From NCBI GenBank assembly GCA_964016885.1, contig OZ024751.1, positions 46,314,001 through 46,378,000 on the forward strand: 64,000 nucleotides of DNA, read 5' to 3'. Shown here in pieces: positions 40,301 through 55,300 of this stretch. The position numbers and the translations under genes were made by a program. The notes under the pieces are model-generated. The model was not told where the DNA came from and searched no databases. It saw nothing but the letters and a program-made list of their open reading frames with translations. This DNA comes from Eledone cirrhosa (lineage: Eukaryota). Every line of letters begins with the position of its first letter. Within the stretch, counting starts at the first letter, position 1.

Positions 40301-43300
40301 TGTGGTAGTGAGGACATGTTGTGTGGTAGTGAGATAGGGTAGTGTGGTAGTGAGGACATGTTGTGTGGTAGTGAGATAGTGTAGTGTGGTAGTGAGATAG
40401 TGTAGTGTGGTAGTGAGATAGTGTAGTGTGGTAGTGAGGACATGTTGTGTGGTAGTGAGATAGTGTAGTGTGGTAGTGAGATAGTGTAGTGTGGTAGTGA
40501 GGACATGTTGTGTGGTAGTGAGATAGTGTCGTGTGGTAGTGAGATAGTGTAGTGTGGTAGTGAGATAGTGTAGTGTGGTAGTGAGGACATGTTGTGTGGT
40601 AGTGAGATAGTGTAGAGTGGTAGTGAGATAGTGTAGTGTGGTAGTGAGATAGTGTAGTGTGGTAGTGAGGACATGTTGTGTGGTAGTGAGATAGTGTAGT
40701 GTGGTAGTGAGATAGTGTAGTGTGGTAGTGAGGTAGTGAGGACATGTTGTGTGGTAGTGAGATAGTGTCGTGTGGTAGTGAGATAGTGTAGTGTGGTAGT
40801 GAGGACATGTTGTGTGGTAGTGAGATAGTGTAGTGGTAGTGAGATAGTGTAGTGTGGTAGTGAGATAGTGTAGTGTGGTAGTGAGGACATGTTGTGTGGT
40901 AGTGAGATAGTGTAGAGTGGTAATGAGATAGTGTAGTGTGGTAGTGAGGACATGTTGTGTGGTAGTGAGATAGTGTAGAGTGGTAATGAGATAGTGTAGA
41001 GTGGTAGTGAGATAGTGTAGTGTGGTAGTGAGGACATGTTGTGTGGTAGTGAGATAGGGTAGTGTGGTAGTGAGGACATGTTGTGTGGTAGTGAGATAGT
41101 GTAGTGTGGTAGTGAGATAGTGTAGTGTGGTAGTGAGATAGTGTAGTGTGGTAGTGAGGACATGTTGTGTGGTAGTGAGATAGTGTAGTGTGGTAGTGAG
41201 ATAGTGTAGTGTGGTAGTGAGATAGTGTAGAGTGGTAGTGAGATAGTGTAGTGTGGTAGTGAGATAGTGTAGAGTGGTAGTGAGGACATGTTGTGTGGTA
41301 GTGAGATAGTGTAGTGTGGTAGTGAGATAGTGTAGTGTGGTAGTGAGATAGTGTAGTGTGGTAGTGAGATAGTGTAGTGTGGTAGTGAGATAGTGTAGTG
41401 TGGTAGTGAGATAGTGTAGTGTGGTAGTGAGGACATGTTGTGTGGTAGTGAGATAGTGTAGTGTGGTAGTGAGATAGTGTAGTGTGGTAGTGAGATAGTG
41501 TAGAGTGGTAGTGAGATAGTGTAGTGTGGTAGTGAGATAGTGTAGTGTGGTAGTGAGATAGTGTAGTGTGGTAGTGAGATAGTGTAGTGTGGTAGTGAGG
41601 ACATGTGTGGTAGTGAGATAGTGTAGAATGGTAGTGAGATAGTGTTGTGTGGTAGTGAGGACATGTTGTGTGGTAGTGAGATAGTGTAGTGTGGTAGTGA
41701 GATAGTGTAGTGTGGTAGTGAGGACATGTGTGGTAGTGAGATAGTGTAGAATGGTAGTGAGATAGTGTTGTGTGGTAGTGAGGACATGTTGTGTGGTAGT
41801 GAGATAGTGTAGTGTGGTAGTGAGATAGTGTAGTGTGGTAGTGAGGACATGTTGTGTGGTAGTGAGATAGTGTAGAGTGGTAGTGAGATAGTGTAGTGTG
41901 GTAGTGAGGACATGTTGTGTGGTAGTGAGATAGTGTCGTGTGGTAGTGAGATAGTGTAGTGTGGTAGTGAGGACATGTTGTGTGGTAGTGAGATAGTGTA
42001 GAGTGGTAGTGAGATAGTGTAGTGTGGTAGTAAGGACATGTTGTGTGGTAGTGAGATAGTGTCGTGTGGTAGTGAGGACATGTTGTGTGGTAGTGAGATA
42101 GTGTCGTGTGGTAGTGAGATAGTGTAGTGTGGTAGTGAGGACATGTTGTGTGGTAGTGAGATAGTGTAGTGTGGTAGTGAGGACATGTTGTGTGGTAGTG
42201 AGATAGTGTCGTGTGGTAATGAGATAGTGTAGCGTGGTAGTGAGGACATGTTGTGTGGTAGTGAGATAGTGTAGAGTGGTAGTGAGATAGTGTAGTGTGG
42301 TAGTGAGGACATGTTGTGTGGTAGTGAGATAGTGTAGAGTGGTAGTGAGGACATGTTGTGTGGTAGTGAGATAGTGTAGTGTGGTAGTGAGATAGTGTAG
42401 TGTGGTAGTGAGGACATGTTGTGTGGTAGTGAGATAGTGTAGAGTGGTAGTGAGGACATGTTGTGTGGTAGTGAGGACATGTTGTGTTGTAGTGAGATAG
42501 TGTAGTGTGGTAGTGAGGACATGTTGTGTTGTAGTGAGATAGTGTCGTGTGGTAATGAGATAGTGTAGTGTGGTAGTGAGGACATGTTGTGTGGTAGTGA
42601 GATAGTGTAGTGTGGTAGTGAGATAGTGTAGTGTGGTAGTGAGGACATGTTGTGTTGTAGTGAGATAGTGTCGTGTGGTAATGAGATAGTGTAGTGTGGT
42701 AGTGAGGACATGTTGTGTGGTAGTGAGATAGTGTAGTGTGGTAGTGAGATAGTGTAGTGTGGTAGTGAGGACATGTTGTGTGGTAGTGAGATAGTGTAGT
42801 GTGGTAGTGAGGACATGTTGTGTGGTAGTGAGATAGTGTAGTGTGGTAGTGAGGACATGTTGTGTGGTAGTGAGATAGTGTAGTGTGGTAGTGAGATAGT
42901 GTAGTGTGGTAGTGAGATAGTGTAGTGTGGTAGTGAGGACATGTAGTGTGGTAGTGAGATAGTGTAGTGTGGTAGTGAGATAGTGTAGTGTGGTAGTGAG
43001 ATAGTGTAGTGTGGTAGTGAGATAGTGTAGTGTGGTAGTGAGATAGTGTAGTGTGGTAGTGAGATAGTGTAGTGTGGTAGTGAGATAGTGTAGTGTGGTA
43101 GTGAGATAGTGTAGTGTGGTAGTGAGATAGTGTAGTGTGGTAGTGAGATAGGGTCGTGTGGTAGTGAGATAGTGTAGTGTGGTAGTGAGGACATGTTGTG
43201 TGGTAGTGAGATAGTGTAGTGTGGTAGTGAGATAGTGTAGTGTGGTAGTGAGATAGTGTAGTGTGGTAGTGAGGACATGTTGTGTGGTAGTGAGATAGTG

Positions 43301-46300
43301 TAGTGTGGTAGTGAGGACATGTTGTGTGGTAGTGAGATAGTGTCGTGTGGTAGTGAGATAGTGTAGTGTGGTAGTGAGATAGTGTAGTGTGGTAGTGAGG
43401 ACATGTTGTGTAGTAGTGAGGACATGTTGTGTGGTAGTGAGATAGTGTCGTGTGGTAATGAGATAGTGTCGTGTGGTAGTGAGATAGTGTAGTGTGGTAG
43501 TGAGATAGTGTAGTGTGGTAGTGAGATAGTGTAGTGTGGTAGTGAGATAGTGTAGTGTGGTAGTGAGATAGTGTAGAGTGGTAGTGAGATAGTGTAGTGT
43601 GGTAGTGAGATAGTGTCGTGTGGTAATGAGATAGTGTAGTGTGGTAGTGAGATAGTGTAGTGTGGTAGTGAGATAGTGTAGTGTGGTAGTGAGATAGTGT
43701 AGTGTGGTAGTGAGATAGTGTAGTGTGGTAGTGAGATAGTGTCGTGTGGTAATGAGATAGTGTAGTGTGGTAGTGAGATAGTGTAGTGTGGTAGTGAGAT
43801 AGTGTAGTGTGGTAGTGAGATAGTGTCGTGTGGTAGTGAGATAGTGTAGTGTGGTAGTGAGGACATGTTGTGTGGTAGTGAGATAGTGTAGAGTGGTAGT
43901 GAGATAGTGTAGTGTGGTAGTGAGGACATGTTGTGTGGTAGTGAGATAGTGTCGTGTGGTAGTGAGATAGTGTAGTGTGGTAGTGAGGACATGTTGTGTG
44001 GTAGTGAGATAGTGTAGTGTGGTAGTGAGATAGTGTAGTGTGGTAGTGAGGACATGTTGTGTGGTAGTGAGATAGTGTAGTGTGGTAGTAAGATAGTGTA
44101 GTGTGGTAGTGAGGACATGTTGTGTGGTAGTGAGATAGTGTAGTGTGGTAGTGAGATAGTGTAGTGTGGTAGTGAGATAGTGTAGTGTGGTAGTGAGATA
44201 GTGTAGTGTGGTAGTGAGGACATGTTGTGTGGTAGTGAGATAGTGTAGAGTGGTAGTGAGATAGTGTAGTGTGGTAGTGAGGACATGTTGTGTGGTAGTG
44301 AGACAGTGTAGTGTGGTAGTGAGATAGTGTAGTGAGGTGGTGAGATAGTGTAGTGTGGTAGTGAGATAGTGTAGTGTGGTAGTGAGATAGTGTAGTGTGG
44401 TAGTGAGGACATGTTGTGTGGTAGTGAGATAGTGTAGTGTGGTAGTGAGATAGTGTAGTGTGGTAGTGAGATAGTGTAGTGTGGTAGTGAGGACATGTTG
44501 TGTGGTAGTGAGATAGTGTAGTGTGGTAGTGAGATAGTGTAGTGTGGTAGTGAGATAGTGTAGTGTGGTAGTGAGATAGTGTAGTGTGGTAGTGAGATAG
44601 TGTAGTGTGGTAGTGAGGACATGTTGTGTGGTAGTGAGATAGTGTAGAGTGGTAGTGAGATAGTGTAATGTGGTAGTGAGATAGTGTAGTGTGGTGTGGT
44701 AGTGAGGACATGTTGTGTGGTAGTGAGATAGTGTAGTGTGGTAGTGAGGACATGCTGTGTGGTAGTGAGATAGTGTCGTGTGGTAGTGAGATAGTGTAGT
44801 GTGGTAGTGAGATAGTGTAGTGTGGTAGTGAGATAGTGTAGTGTGGTAGTGAGATAGTGTAGTGTGGTAGTGAGATAGTGTAGAGTGGTAGTGAGATAGT
44901 GTAGTGTGGTAGTGAGATAGTGTCGTGTGGTAATGAGATAGTGTAGTGTGGTAGTGAGATAGTGTAGTGTGGTAGTGAGATAGTGTAGTGTGGTAGTGAG
45001 ATAGTGTAGTGTGGTAGTGAGATAGTGTAGTGTGGTAGTGAGATAGTGTCGTGTGGTAATGAGATAGTGTAGTGTGGTAGTGAGATAGTGTAGTGTGGTA
45101 GTGAGATAGTGTAGTGTGGTAGTGAGATAGTGTCGTGTGGTAGTGAGATAGTGTAGTGTGGTAGTGAGGACATGTTGTGTGGTAGTGAGATAGTGTAGAG
45201 TGGTAGTGAGATAGTGTAGTGTGGTAGTGAGGACATGTTGTGTGGTAGTGAGATAGTGTCGTGTGGTAGTGAGATAGTGTAGTGTGGTAGTGAGGACATG
45301 TTGTGTGGTAGTGAGATAGTGTAGTGTGGTAGTGAGATAGTGTAGTGTGGTAGTGAGGACATGTTGTGTGGTAGTGAGATAGTGTAGTGTGGTAGTAAGA
45401 TAGTGTAGTGTGGTAGTGAGGACATGTTGTGTGGTAGTGAGATAGTGTAGTGTGGTAGTGAGATAGTGTAGTGTGGTAGTGAGATAGTGTAGTGTGGTAG
45501 TGAGATAGTGTAGTGTGGTAGTGAGGACATGTTGTGTGGTAGTGAGATAGTGTAGAGTGGTAGTGAGATAGTGTAGTGTGGTAGTGAGGACATGTTGTGT
45601 GGTAGTGAGACAGTGTAGTGTGGTAGTGAGATAGTGTAGTGAGGTGGTGAGATAGTGTAGTGTGGTAGTGAGATAGTGTAGTGTGGTAGTGAGATAGTGT
45701 AGTGTGGTAGTGAGGACATGTTGTGTGGTAGTGAGATAGTGTAGTGTGGTAGTGAGATAGTGTAGTGTGGTAGTGAGATAGTGTAGTGTGGTAGTGAGAT
45801 AGTGTAGTGTGGTAGTGAGGACATGTTGTGTGGTAGTGAGATAGTGTAGTGTGGTAGTGAGATAGTGTAGTGTGGTAGTGAGATAGTGTAGTGTGGTAGT
45901 GAGATAGTGTAGTGTGGTAGTGAGATAGTGTAGTGTGGTAGTGAGGACATGTTGTGTGGTAGTGAGATAGTGTAGAGTGGTAGTGAGATAGTGTAGTGTG
46001 GTAGTGAGATAGTGTAGTGTGGTGTGGTAGTGAGGACATGTTGTGTGGTAGTGAGATAGTGTAGTGTGGTAGTGAGGACATGCTGTGTGGTAGTGAGATA
46101 GTGTCGTGTGGTAATGAGATAGTGTAGTGTGGTAGTGAGGACATGTTGTGTGGTAGTGAGATAGTGTCGTGTGGTAGTGAGGACATGTTGTGTGGTAGTG
46201 AGATAGTGTAGTGTGGTAGTGAGATAGTGTAGTGTGGTAGTGAGGACATGTTGTGTGGTAGTGAGATAGTGTAGTGTGGTAGTGAGATAGTGTAGTGTGG

Positions 46301-49300
46301 TAGTGAGATAGTGTAGTGTGGTAGTGAGGACATGTTGTGTGGTAGTGAGATAGTGTTGTGTGGTAGTGAGATAGTGTAGTGTGGTAGCGAGATAGTGTAG
46401 TGTGGTAGTGAGATAGTGTAGTGTGGTAGTGAGATAGTGTAGTGTGGTAGTGAGATAGTGTAGTGTGGTAGTGAGGACATGTAGTGTGGTAGTGAGATAG
46501 TGTAATGTGGTAGTGAGATAGTGTAGTGTGGTAGTGAGATAGTGTAGTGTGGTAGTGAGATAGTGTAGTGTGGTAGTGAGATAGTGTAGTGTGGTAGTGA
46601 GATAGTGTAGTGTGGTAGTGAGATAGTGTCGTGTGGTAGTGAGATAGTGTAGTGTGGTAGTGAGGACATGTTGTGTGGTAGTGAGATAGTGTGGTAGTGA
46701 GATAGTGTAGTGTGGTAGTGAGGACATGTTGTGTGGTAGTGAGATAGTGTAGTGTGGTAGTGAGGACATGTTGTGTGGTAGTGAGATAGTGTAGTGTGGT
46801 AGTGAGATAGTGTAGTGTGGTAGTGAGATAGTGTAGTGTGGTAGTGAGATAGTGTAGTGTGGTAGTGAGGACATGTTGTGTGGTAGTGAGATAGTGTAGT
46901 GTGGTAGTGAGATAGTGTAGTGTGGTAGTGAGATAGTGTAGTGTGGTAGTGAGATAGTGTAGTGTGGTAGTGAGATAGTGTAGTGTGGTAGTGAGGACAT
47001 GTTGTGTGGTAGTGAGATAGTGTAGAGTGGTAGTGAGATAGTGTAGTGTGGTAGTGAGATAGTGTAGTGTGGTGTGGTAGTGAGGACATGTTGTGTGGTA
47101 GTGAGATAGTGTAGTGTGGTAGTGAGGACATGCTGTGTGGTAGTGAGATAGTGTCGTGTGGTAATGAGATAGTGTAGTGTGGTAGTGAGGACATGTTGTG
47201 TGGTAGTGAGATAGTGTCGTGTGGTAGTGAGGACATGTTGTGTGGTAGTGAGATAGTGTAGTGTGGTAGTGAGATAGTGTAGTGTGGTAGTGAGGACATG
47301 TTGTGTGGTAGTGAGATAGTGTAGTGTGGTAGTGAGATAGTGTAGTGTGGTAGTGAGATAGTGTAGTGTGGTAGTGAGGACATGTTGTGTGGTAGTGAGA
47401 TAGTGTTGTGTGGTAGTGAGATAGTGTAGTGTGGTAGCGAGATAGTGTAGTGTGGTAGTGAGATAGTGTAGTGTGGTAGTGAGATAGTGTAGTGTGGTAG
47501 TGAGATAGTGTAGTGTGGTAGTGAGGACATGTAGTGTGGTAGTGAGATAGTGTAATGTGGTAGTGAGATAGTGTAGTGTGGTAGTGAGATAGTGTAGTGT
47601 GGTAGTGAGATAGTGTAGTGTGGTAGTGAGATAGTGTAGTGTGGTAGTGAGATAGTGTAGTGTGGTAGTGAGATAGTGTAGTGTGGTAGTGAGATAGTGT
47701 AGTGTGGTAGTGAGATAGTGTCGTGTGGTAGTGAGATAGTGTAGTGTGGTAGTGAGGACATGTTGTGTGGTAGTGAGATAGTGTGGTAGTGAGATAGTGT
47801 AGTGTGGTAGTGAGGACATGTTGTGTGGTAGTGAGATAGTGTAGTGTGGTAGTGAGGACATGTTGTGTGGTAGTGAGATAGTGTCGTGTGGTAGTGAGAT
47901 AGTGTAGTGTGGTAGTGAGATAGTGTAGTGTGGTAGTGAGGACATGTTGTGTAGTAGTGAGGACATGTTGTGTGGTAGTGAGATAGTGTCGTGTGGTAAT
48001 GAGATAGTGTCGTGTGGTAGTGAGATAGTGTAGTGTGGTAGTGAGATAGTGTAGTGTGGTAGTGAGATAGTGTAGTGTGGTAGTGAGATAGTGTAGAGTG
48101 GTAGTGAGATAGTGTAGTGTGGTAGTGAGATAGTGTCGTGTGGTAATGAGATAGTGTAGTGTGGTAGTGAGATAGTGTAGTGTGGTAGTGAGATAGTGTA
48201 GTGTGGTAGTGAGATAGTGTAGTGTGGTAGTGAGATAGTGTCGTGTGGTAGTGAGATAGTGTAGTGTGGTAGTGAGATAGTGTAGTGTGGTAGTGAGATA
48301 GTGTAGTGTGGTAGTGAGATAGTGTAGTGTGGTAGTGAGATAGTGTAGTGTGGTAGTGAGATAGTGTCGTGTGGTAATGAGATAGTGTAGTGTGGTAGTG
48401 AGATAGTGTAGTGTGGTAGTGAGATAGTGTAGTGTGATAGTGAGATAGTGTCGTGTGGTAGTGAGATAGTGTAGTGTGGTAGTGAGGACATGTTGTGTGG
48501 TAGTGAGATAGTGTAGAGTGGTAGTGAGATAGTGTAGTGTGGTAGTGAGGACATGTAGTGTGGTAGTGAGGACATGTAGTGTGGTAGTGAGATAGTGTAG
48601 TGTGGTAGTGAGATAGTGTAGTGTGGTAGTGAGATAGTGTAGTGTGGTAGTGAGATAGTGTAGTGTGGTAGTGAGATAGTGTAGTGTGGTAGTGAGATAG
48701 TGTAGTGTGGTAGTGAGATAGTGTAGTGTGGTAGTGAGATAGTGTAGTGTGGTAGTGAGATAGTGTCGTGTGGTAGTGAGATAGTGTAGTGTGGTAGTGA
48801 GGACATGTTGTGTGGTAGTGAGATAGTGTAGTGTGGTAGTGAGATAGTGTAGTGTGGTAGTGAGGACATGTTGTGTGGTAGTGAGATAGTGTAGTGTGGT
48901 AGTGAGGACATGTTGTGTGGTAGTGAGATAGTGTCGTGTGGTAGTGAGATAGTGTAGTGTGGTAGTGAGATAGTGTAGTGTGGTAGTGAGGACATGTTGT
49001 GTAGTAGTGAGGACATGTTGTGTGGTAGTGAGATAGTGTCGTGTGGTAATGAGATAGTGTTGTGTGGTAGTGAGATAGTGTAGTGTGGTAGTGAGATAGT
49101 GTAGTGTGGTAGTGAGATAGTGTAGTGTGGTAGTGAGATAGTGTAGAGTGGTAGTGAGATAGTGTAGTGTGGTAATGAGATAGTGTAGTGTGGTAGTGAG
49201 ATAGTGTAGTGTGGTAGTGAGATAGTGTAGTGTGGTAGTGAGATAGTGTCGTGTGGTAATGAGATAGTGTAGTGTGGTAGTGAGATAGTGTAGCATGGTA

Positions 49301-52300
49301 GTGAGATAGTGTAGTGTGGTAGTGAGATAGTGTCGTGTGGTAGTGAGATAGTGTAGAGTGGTAGTGAGATAGTGTAGTGTGGTAGTGAGATAGTGTCGTG
49401 TGGTAATGAGATAGTGTAGTGTGGTAGTGAGATAGTGTAGTGTGGTAGTGAGATAGTGTAGTGTGGTAGTGAGATAGTGTCGTGTGGTAATGAGATAGTG
49501 TAGTGTGGTAGTGAGATAGTGTAGTGTGGTAGTGAGATAGTGTAGTGTGGTAGTGAGATAGTGTCGTGTGGTAGTGAGATAGTGTAGTGTGGTAGTGAGG
49601 ACATGTTGTGTGGTAGTGAGATAGTGTAGAGTGGTAGTGAGATAGTGTAGTGTGGTAGTGAGGACATGTTGTGTGGTAGTGAGATAGTGTCGTGTGGTAG
49701 TGAGATAGTGTAGTGTGGTAGTGAGGACATGTTGTGTGGTAGTGAGATAGTGTAGTGTGGTAGTGAGATAGTGTAGTGTGGTAGTGAGGACATGTTGTGT
49801 GGTAGTGAGATAGTGTAGTGTGGTAGTAAGATAGTGTAGTGTGGTAGTGAGGACATGTTGTGTGGTAGTGAGATAGTGTAGTGTGGTAGTGAGATAGTGT
49901 AGTGAGGTGGTGAGATAGTGTAGTGTGGTAGTGAGATAGTGTAGTGTGGTAGTGAGGACATGTTGTGTGGTAGTGAGATAGTGTAGTGTGGTAGTGAGAT
50001 AGTGTAGTGTGGTAGTGAGGACATGTTGTGTGGTAGTGAGATAGTGTAGAGTGGTAGTGAGATAGTGTAGTGTGGTAGTGAGGACATGTTGTGTGGTAGT
50101 GAGATAGTGTAGTGTGGTAGTGAGATAGTGTAGTGAGGTGGTGAGATAGTGTAGTGTGGTAGTGAGATAGTGTAGTGTAGTAGTGAGATAGTGTAGTGTG
50201 GTAGTGAGGACATGTTGTGTGGTAGTGAGATAGTGTAGTGTGGTAGTGAGATAGTGTAGTGTGGTAGTGAGATAGTGTGGTGTGGTAGTGAGATAGTGTA
50301 GTGTGGTAGTGAGGACATGTTGTGTGGTAGTGAGATAGTGTAGTGTGGTAGTGAGATAGTGTAGTGTGGTAGTGAGATAGTGTAGTGTGGTAGTGAGATA
50401 GTGTAGTGTGGTAGTGAGGACATGTTGTGTGGTAGTGAGATAGTGTAGAGTGGTAGTGAGATAGTGTAGTGTGGTAGTGAGATAGTGTAGTGTGGTGTGG
50501 TAGTGAGGACATGTTGTGTGGTAGTGAGATAGTGTAGTGTGGTAGTGAGGACATGTTGTGTGGTAGTGAGATAGTGTAGTGTGGTAGTGAGATAGTGCAG
50601 TGTGGTAGTGAGATAGTGTAGTGTGGTAGTGAGATAGTGTAGAGTGGTAGTGAGATAGTGTAGTGTGGTAGTGAGGACATGTTGTGTGGTAGTGAGATAG
50701 TGTCGTGTGGTAATGAGATAGTGTAGTGTGGTAGTGAGGACATGTTGTGTGGTAGTGAGATAGTGTAGTGTGGTAGTGAGATAGTGTAGTGTGGTAGTGA
50801 GGACATGTTGTGTGGTAGTGAGATAGTGTAGTGTGGTAGTGAGATAGTGTAGTGTGGTAGTGAGATAGTGTAGTGTGGTAGTGAGATAGTGTAGTGTGGT
50901 AGTGAGGACATGTTGTGTGGTAGTGAGATAGTGTTGTGTGGTAGTGAGATAGTGTAGTGTGGTAGCGAGATAGTGTAGTGTGGTAGTGAGATAGTGTAGT
51001 GTGGTAGTGAGATAGTGTAGTGTGGTAGTGAGATAGTGTAGTGTGGTAGTGAGGACATGTAGTGTGGTAGTGAGATAGTGTAGTGTGGTAGTGAGATAGT
51101 GTAGTGTGGTAGTGAGATAGTGTAGTGTGGTAGTGAGGACATGTTGTGTTGTAGTGAGATAGTGTCGTGTGGTAATGAGATAGTGTAGTGTGGTAGTGAG
51201 GACATGTTGTGTGGTAGTGAGATAGTGTAGTGTGGTAGTGAGATAGTGTAGTGTGGTAGTGAGGACATGTTGTGTGGTAGTGAGATAGTGTAGTGTGGTA
51301 GTGAGGACATGTTGTGTGGTAGTGAGATAGTGTAGTGTGGTAGTGAGATAGTGTAGTGTGGTAGTGAGGACATGTTGTGTGGTAGTGAGATAGTGTAGTG
51401 TGGTAGTGAGATAGTGTAGTGTGGTAGTGAGATAGTGTAGTGTGGTAGTGAGATAGTGTAGTGTGGTAGTGAGGACATGTAGTGTGGTAGTGAGATAGTG
51501 TAGTGTGGTAGTGAGATAGTGTAGTGTGGTAGTGAGATAGTGTAGTGTGGTAGTGAGATAGTGTAGTGTGGTAGTGAGATAGTGTAGTGTGGTAGTGAGA
51601 TAGTGTAGTGTGGTAGTGAGATAGTGTAGTGTGGTAGTGAGATAGTGTAGTGTGGTAGTGAGATAGTGTAGTGTGGTAGTGAGATAGGGTTGTGTGGTAG
51701 TGAGATAGTGTAGTGTGGTAGTGAGGACATGTTGTGTGGTAGTGAGATAGTGTAGTGTGGTAGTGAGATAGTGTAGTGTGGTAGTGAGATAGTGTAGTGT
51801 GGTAGTGAGGACATGTTGTGTGGTAGTGAGATAGTGTAGTGTGGTAGTGAGGACATGTTGTGTGGTAGTGAGATAGTGTCGTGTGGTAGTGAGATAGTGT
51901 AGTGTGGTAGTGAGATAGTGTAGTGTGGTAGTGAGGACATGTTGTGTAGTAGTGAGGACATGTTGTGTGGTAGTGAGATAGTGTCGTGTGGTAATGAGAT
52001 AGTGTCGTGTGGTAGTGAGATAGTGTAGTGTGGTAGTGAGATAGTGTAGTGTGGTAGTGAGATAGTGTAGTGTGGTAGTGAGATAGTGTAGTGTGGTAGT
52101 GAGATAGTGTAGAGTGGTAGTGAGATAGTGTAGTGTGGTAGTGAGATAGTGTCGTGTGGTAATGAGATAGTGTAGTGTGGTAGTGAGATAGTGTAGTGTG
52201 GTAGTGAGATAGTGTAGTGTGGTAGTGAGATAGTGTAGTGTGGTAGTGAGATAGTGTAGTGTGGTAGTGAGATAGTGTCGTGTGGTAATGAGATAGTGTA

Positions 52301-55300
52301 GTGTGGTAGTGAGATAGTGTAGTGTGGTAGTGAGATAGTGTAGTGTGGTAGTGAGATAGTGTCGTGTGGTAGTGAGATAGTGTAGTGTGGTAGTGAGGAC
52401 ATGTTGTGTGGTAGTGAGATAGTGTAGAGTGGTAGTGAGATAGTGTAGTGTGGTAGTGAGGACATGTTGTGTGGTAGTGAGATAGTGTCGTGTGGTAGTG
52501 AGATAGTGTAGTGTGGTAGTGAGGACATGTTGTGTGGTAGTGAGATAGTGTAGTGTGGTAGTGAGATAGTGTAGTGTGGTAGTGAGGACATGTTGTGTGG
52601 TAGTGAGATAGTGTAGTGTGGTAGTAAGATAGTGTAGTGTGGTAGTGAGGACATGTTGTGTGGTAGTGAGATAGTGTAGTGTGGTAGTGAGATAGTGTAG
52701 TGTGGTAGTGAGATAGTGTAGTGTGGTAGTGAGATAGTGTAGTGTGGTAGTGAGGACATGTTGTGTGGTAGTGAGATAGTGTAGAGTGGTAGTGAGATAG
52801 TGTAGTGTGGTAGTGAGGACATGTTGTGTGGTAGTGAGACAGTGTAGTGTGGTAGTGAGATAGTGTAGTGAGGTGGTGAGATAGTGTAGTGTGGTAGTGA
52901 GATAGTGTAGTGTGGTAGTGAGATAGTGTAGTGTGGTAGTGAGGACAGTTGTGTGGTAGTGAGATAGTGTAGTGTGGTAGTGAGATAGTGTAGTGTGGTA
53001 GTGAGATAGTGTAGTGTGGTAGTGAGATAGTGTAGTGTGGTAGTGAGGACATGTTGTGTGGTAGTGAGATAGTGTAGTGTGGTAGTGAGATAGTGTAGTG
53101 TGGTAGTGAGATAGTGTAGTGTGATAGTGAGATAGTGTAGTGTGGTAGTGAGATAGTGTAGTGTGGTAGTGAGGACATGTTGTGTGGTAGTGAGATAGTG
53201 TAGAGTGGTAGTGAGATAGTGTAGTGTGGTAGTGAGATAGTGTAGTGTGGTGTGGTAGTGAGGACATGTTGTGTGGTAGTGAGATAGTGTAGTGTGGTAG
53301 TGAGGACATGCTGTGTGGTAGTGAGATAGTGTCGTGTGGTAGTGAGATAGTGTAGTGTGGTAGTGAGGACATGTTGTGTGGTAGTGAGATAGTGTCGTGT
53401 GGTAGTGAGGACATGTTGTGTGGTAGTGAGATAGTGTAGTGTGGTAGTGAGATAGTGTAGTGTGGTAGTGAGGACATGTTGTGTGGTAGTGAGATAGTGT
53501 TGTGTGGTAGTGAGATAGTGTAGTGTGGTAGCGAGATAGTGTAGTGTGGTAGTGAGATAGTGTAGTGTGGTAGTGAGATAGTGTAGTGTGGTAGTGAGAT
53601 AGTGTAGTGTGGTAGTGAGGACATGTAGTGTGGTAGTGAGATAGTGTATGTGGTAGTGAGATAGTGTAGTGTGGTAGTGAGATAGTGTAGTGTGGTAGTG
53701 AGATAGTGTAGTGTGGTAGTGAGATAGTGTAGTGTGGTAGTGAGATAGTGTAGTGTGGTAGTGAGATAGTGTAGTGTGGTAGTGAGATAGTGTAGTGTGG
53801 TAGTGAGATAGTGTAGTGTGGTAGTGAGATAGTGTAGTGTGGTAGTGAGATAGTGTAGTGTGGTAGTGAGATAGTGTAGTGTGGTAGTGAGATAGTGTAG
53901 TGTGGTAGTGAGATAGTGTAGTGTGGTAGTGAGATAGTGTAGTGTCGTAGTGAGATAGTGTAGTGTGGTAGTGAGATAGTGTAGTGTGGTAGTGAGGACA
54001 TGTAGTGTGGTAGTGAGATAGTGTAGTGTGGTAGTGAGATAGTGTAGTGTGGTAGTGAGATAGTGTAGTGTGGTAGTGAGATAGTGTAGTGTGGTAGTGA
54101 GATAGTGTAGTGTGGTAGTGAGATAGTGTAGTGTGGTAGTGAGATAGTGTAGTGTGGTAGTGAGATAGTGTAGTGTGGTAGTGAGGACATGTAGTGTGGT
54201 AGTGAGATAGTGTAGTGTGGTAGTGAGATAGTGTAGTGTGGTAGTGAGATAGTGTAGTGTGGTAGTGAGATAGTGTAGTGTGGTAGTGAGATAGTGTAGT
54301 GTGGTAGTGAGATAGTGTAGTGTGGTAGTGAGATAGTGTAGTGTGGTAGTGAGATAGTGTAGTGTGGTAGTGAGATAGTGTAGTGTGGTAGTGAGATAGT
54401 GTCGTGTGGTAGTGAGATAGTGTAGTGTGGTAGTGAGGACATGTTGTGTGGTAGTGAGATAGTGTAGTGTGGTAGTGAGATAGTGTCGTGTGGTAATGAG
54501 ATAGTGTAGTGTGGTAGTGAGATAGTGTAGTGTGGTAGTGAGATAGTGTAGTGTGGTAGTGAGATAGTGTCGTGTGGTAGTGAGATAGTGTAGTGTGGTA
54601 GTGAGGACATGTTGTGTGGTAGTGAGATAGTGTAGAGTGGTAGTGAGATAGTGTAGTGTGGTAGTGAGATAGTGTAGTGTGGTAGTGAGGACATGTTGTG
54701 TGGTAGTGAGGACATGTTGTGTGGTAGTGAGATAGTGTAGTGTGGTAGTGAGATAGTGTAGTGTGGTAGTGAGATAGTGTAGTGTGGTAGTGAGGACATG
54801 TAGTGTGGTAGTGAGATAGTGTAGTGTGGTAGTGAGATAGTGTAGTGTGGTAGTGAGATAGTGTAGTGTGGTAGTGAGATAGTGTAGTGTGGTAGTGAGA
54901 TAGTGTAGTGTGGTAGTGAGATAGTGTAGTGTGGTAGTGAGATAGTGTAGTGTGGTAGTGAGATAGTGTTGTGTGGTAGTGAGATAGTGTAGTGTGGTAG
55001 TGAGGACATGTTGTGTGGTAGTGAGATAGTGTAGTGTGGTAGTGAGATAGTGTAGTGTGGTAGTGAGGACATGTTGTGTGGTAGTGAGATAGTGTAGTGT
55101 GGTAGTGAGGACATGTTGTGTGGTAGTGAGATAGTGTCGTGTGGTAGTGAGATAGTGTAGTGTGGTAGTGAGATAGTGTAGTGTGGTAGTGAGGACATGT
55201 TGTGTAGTAGTGAGGACATGTTGTGTGGTAGTGAGATAGTGTCGTGTGGTAATGAGATAGTGTTGTGTGGTAGTGAGATAGTGTAGTGTGGTAGTGAGAT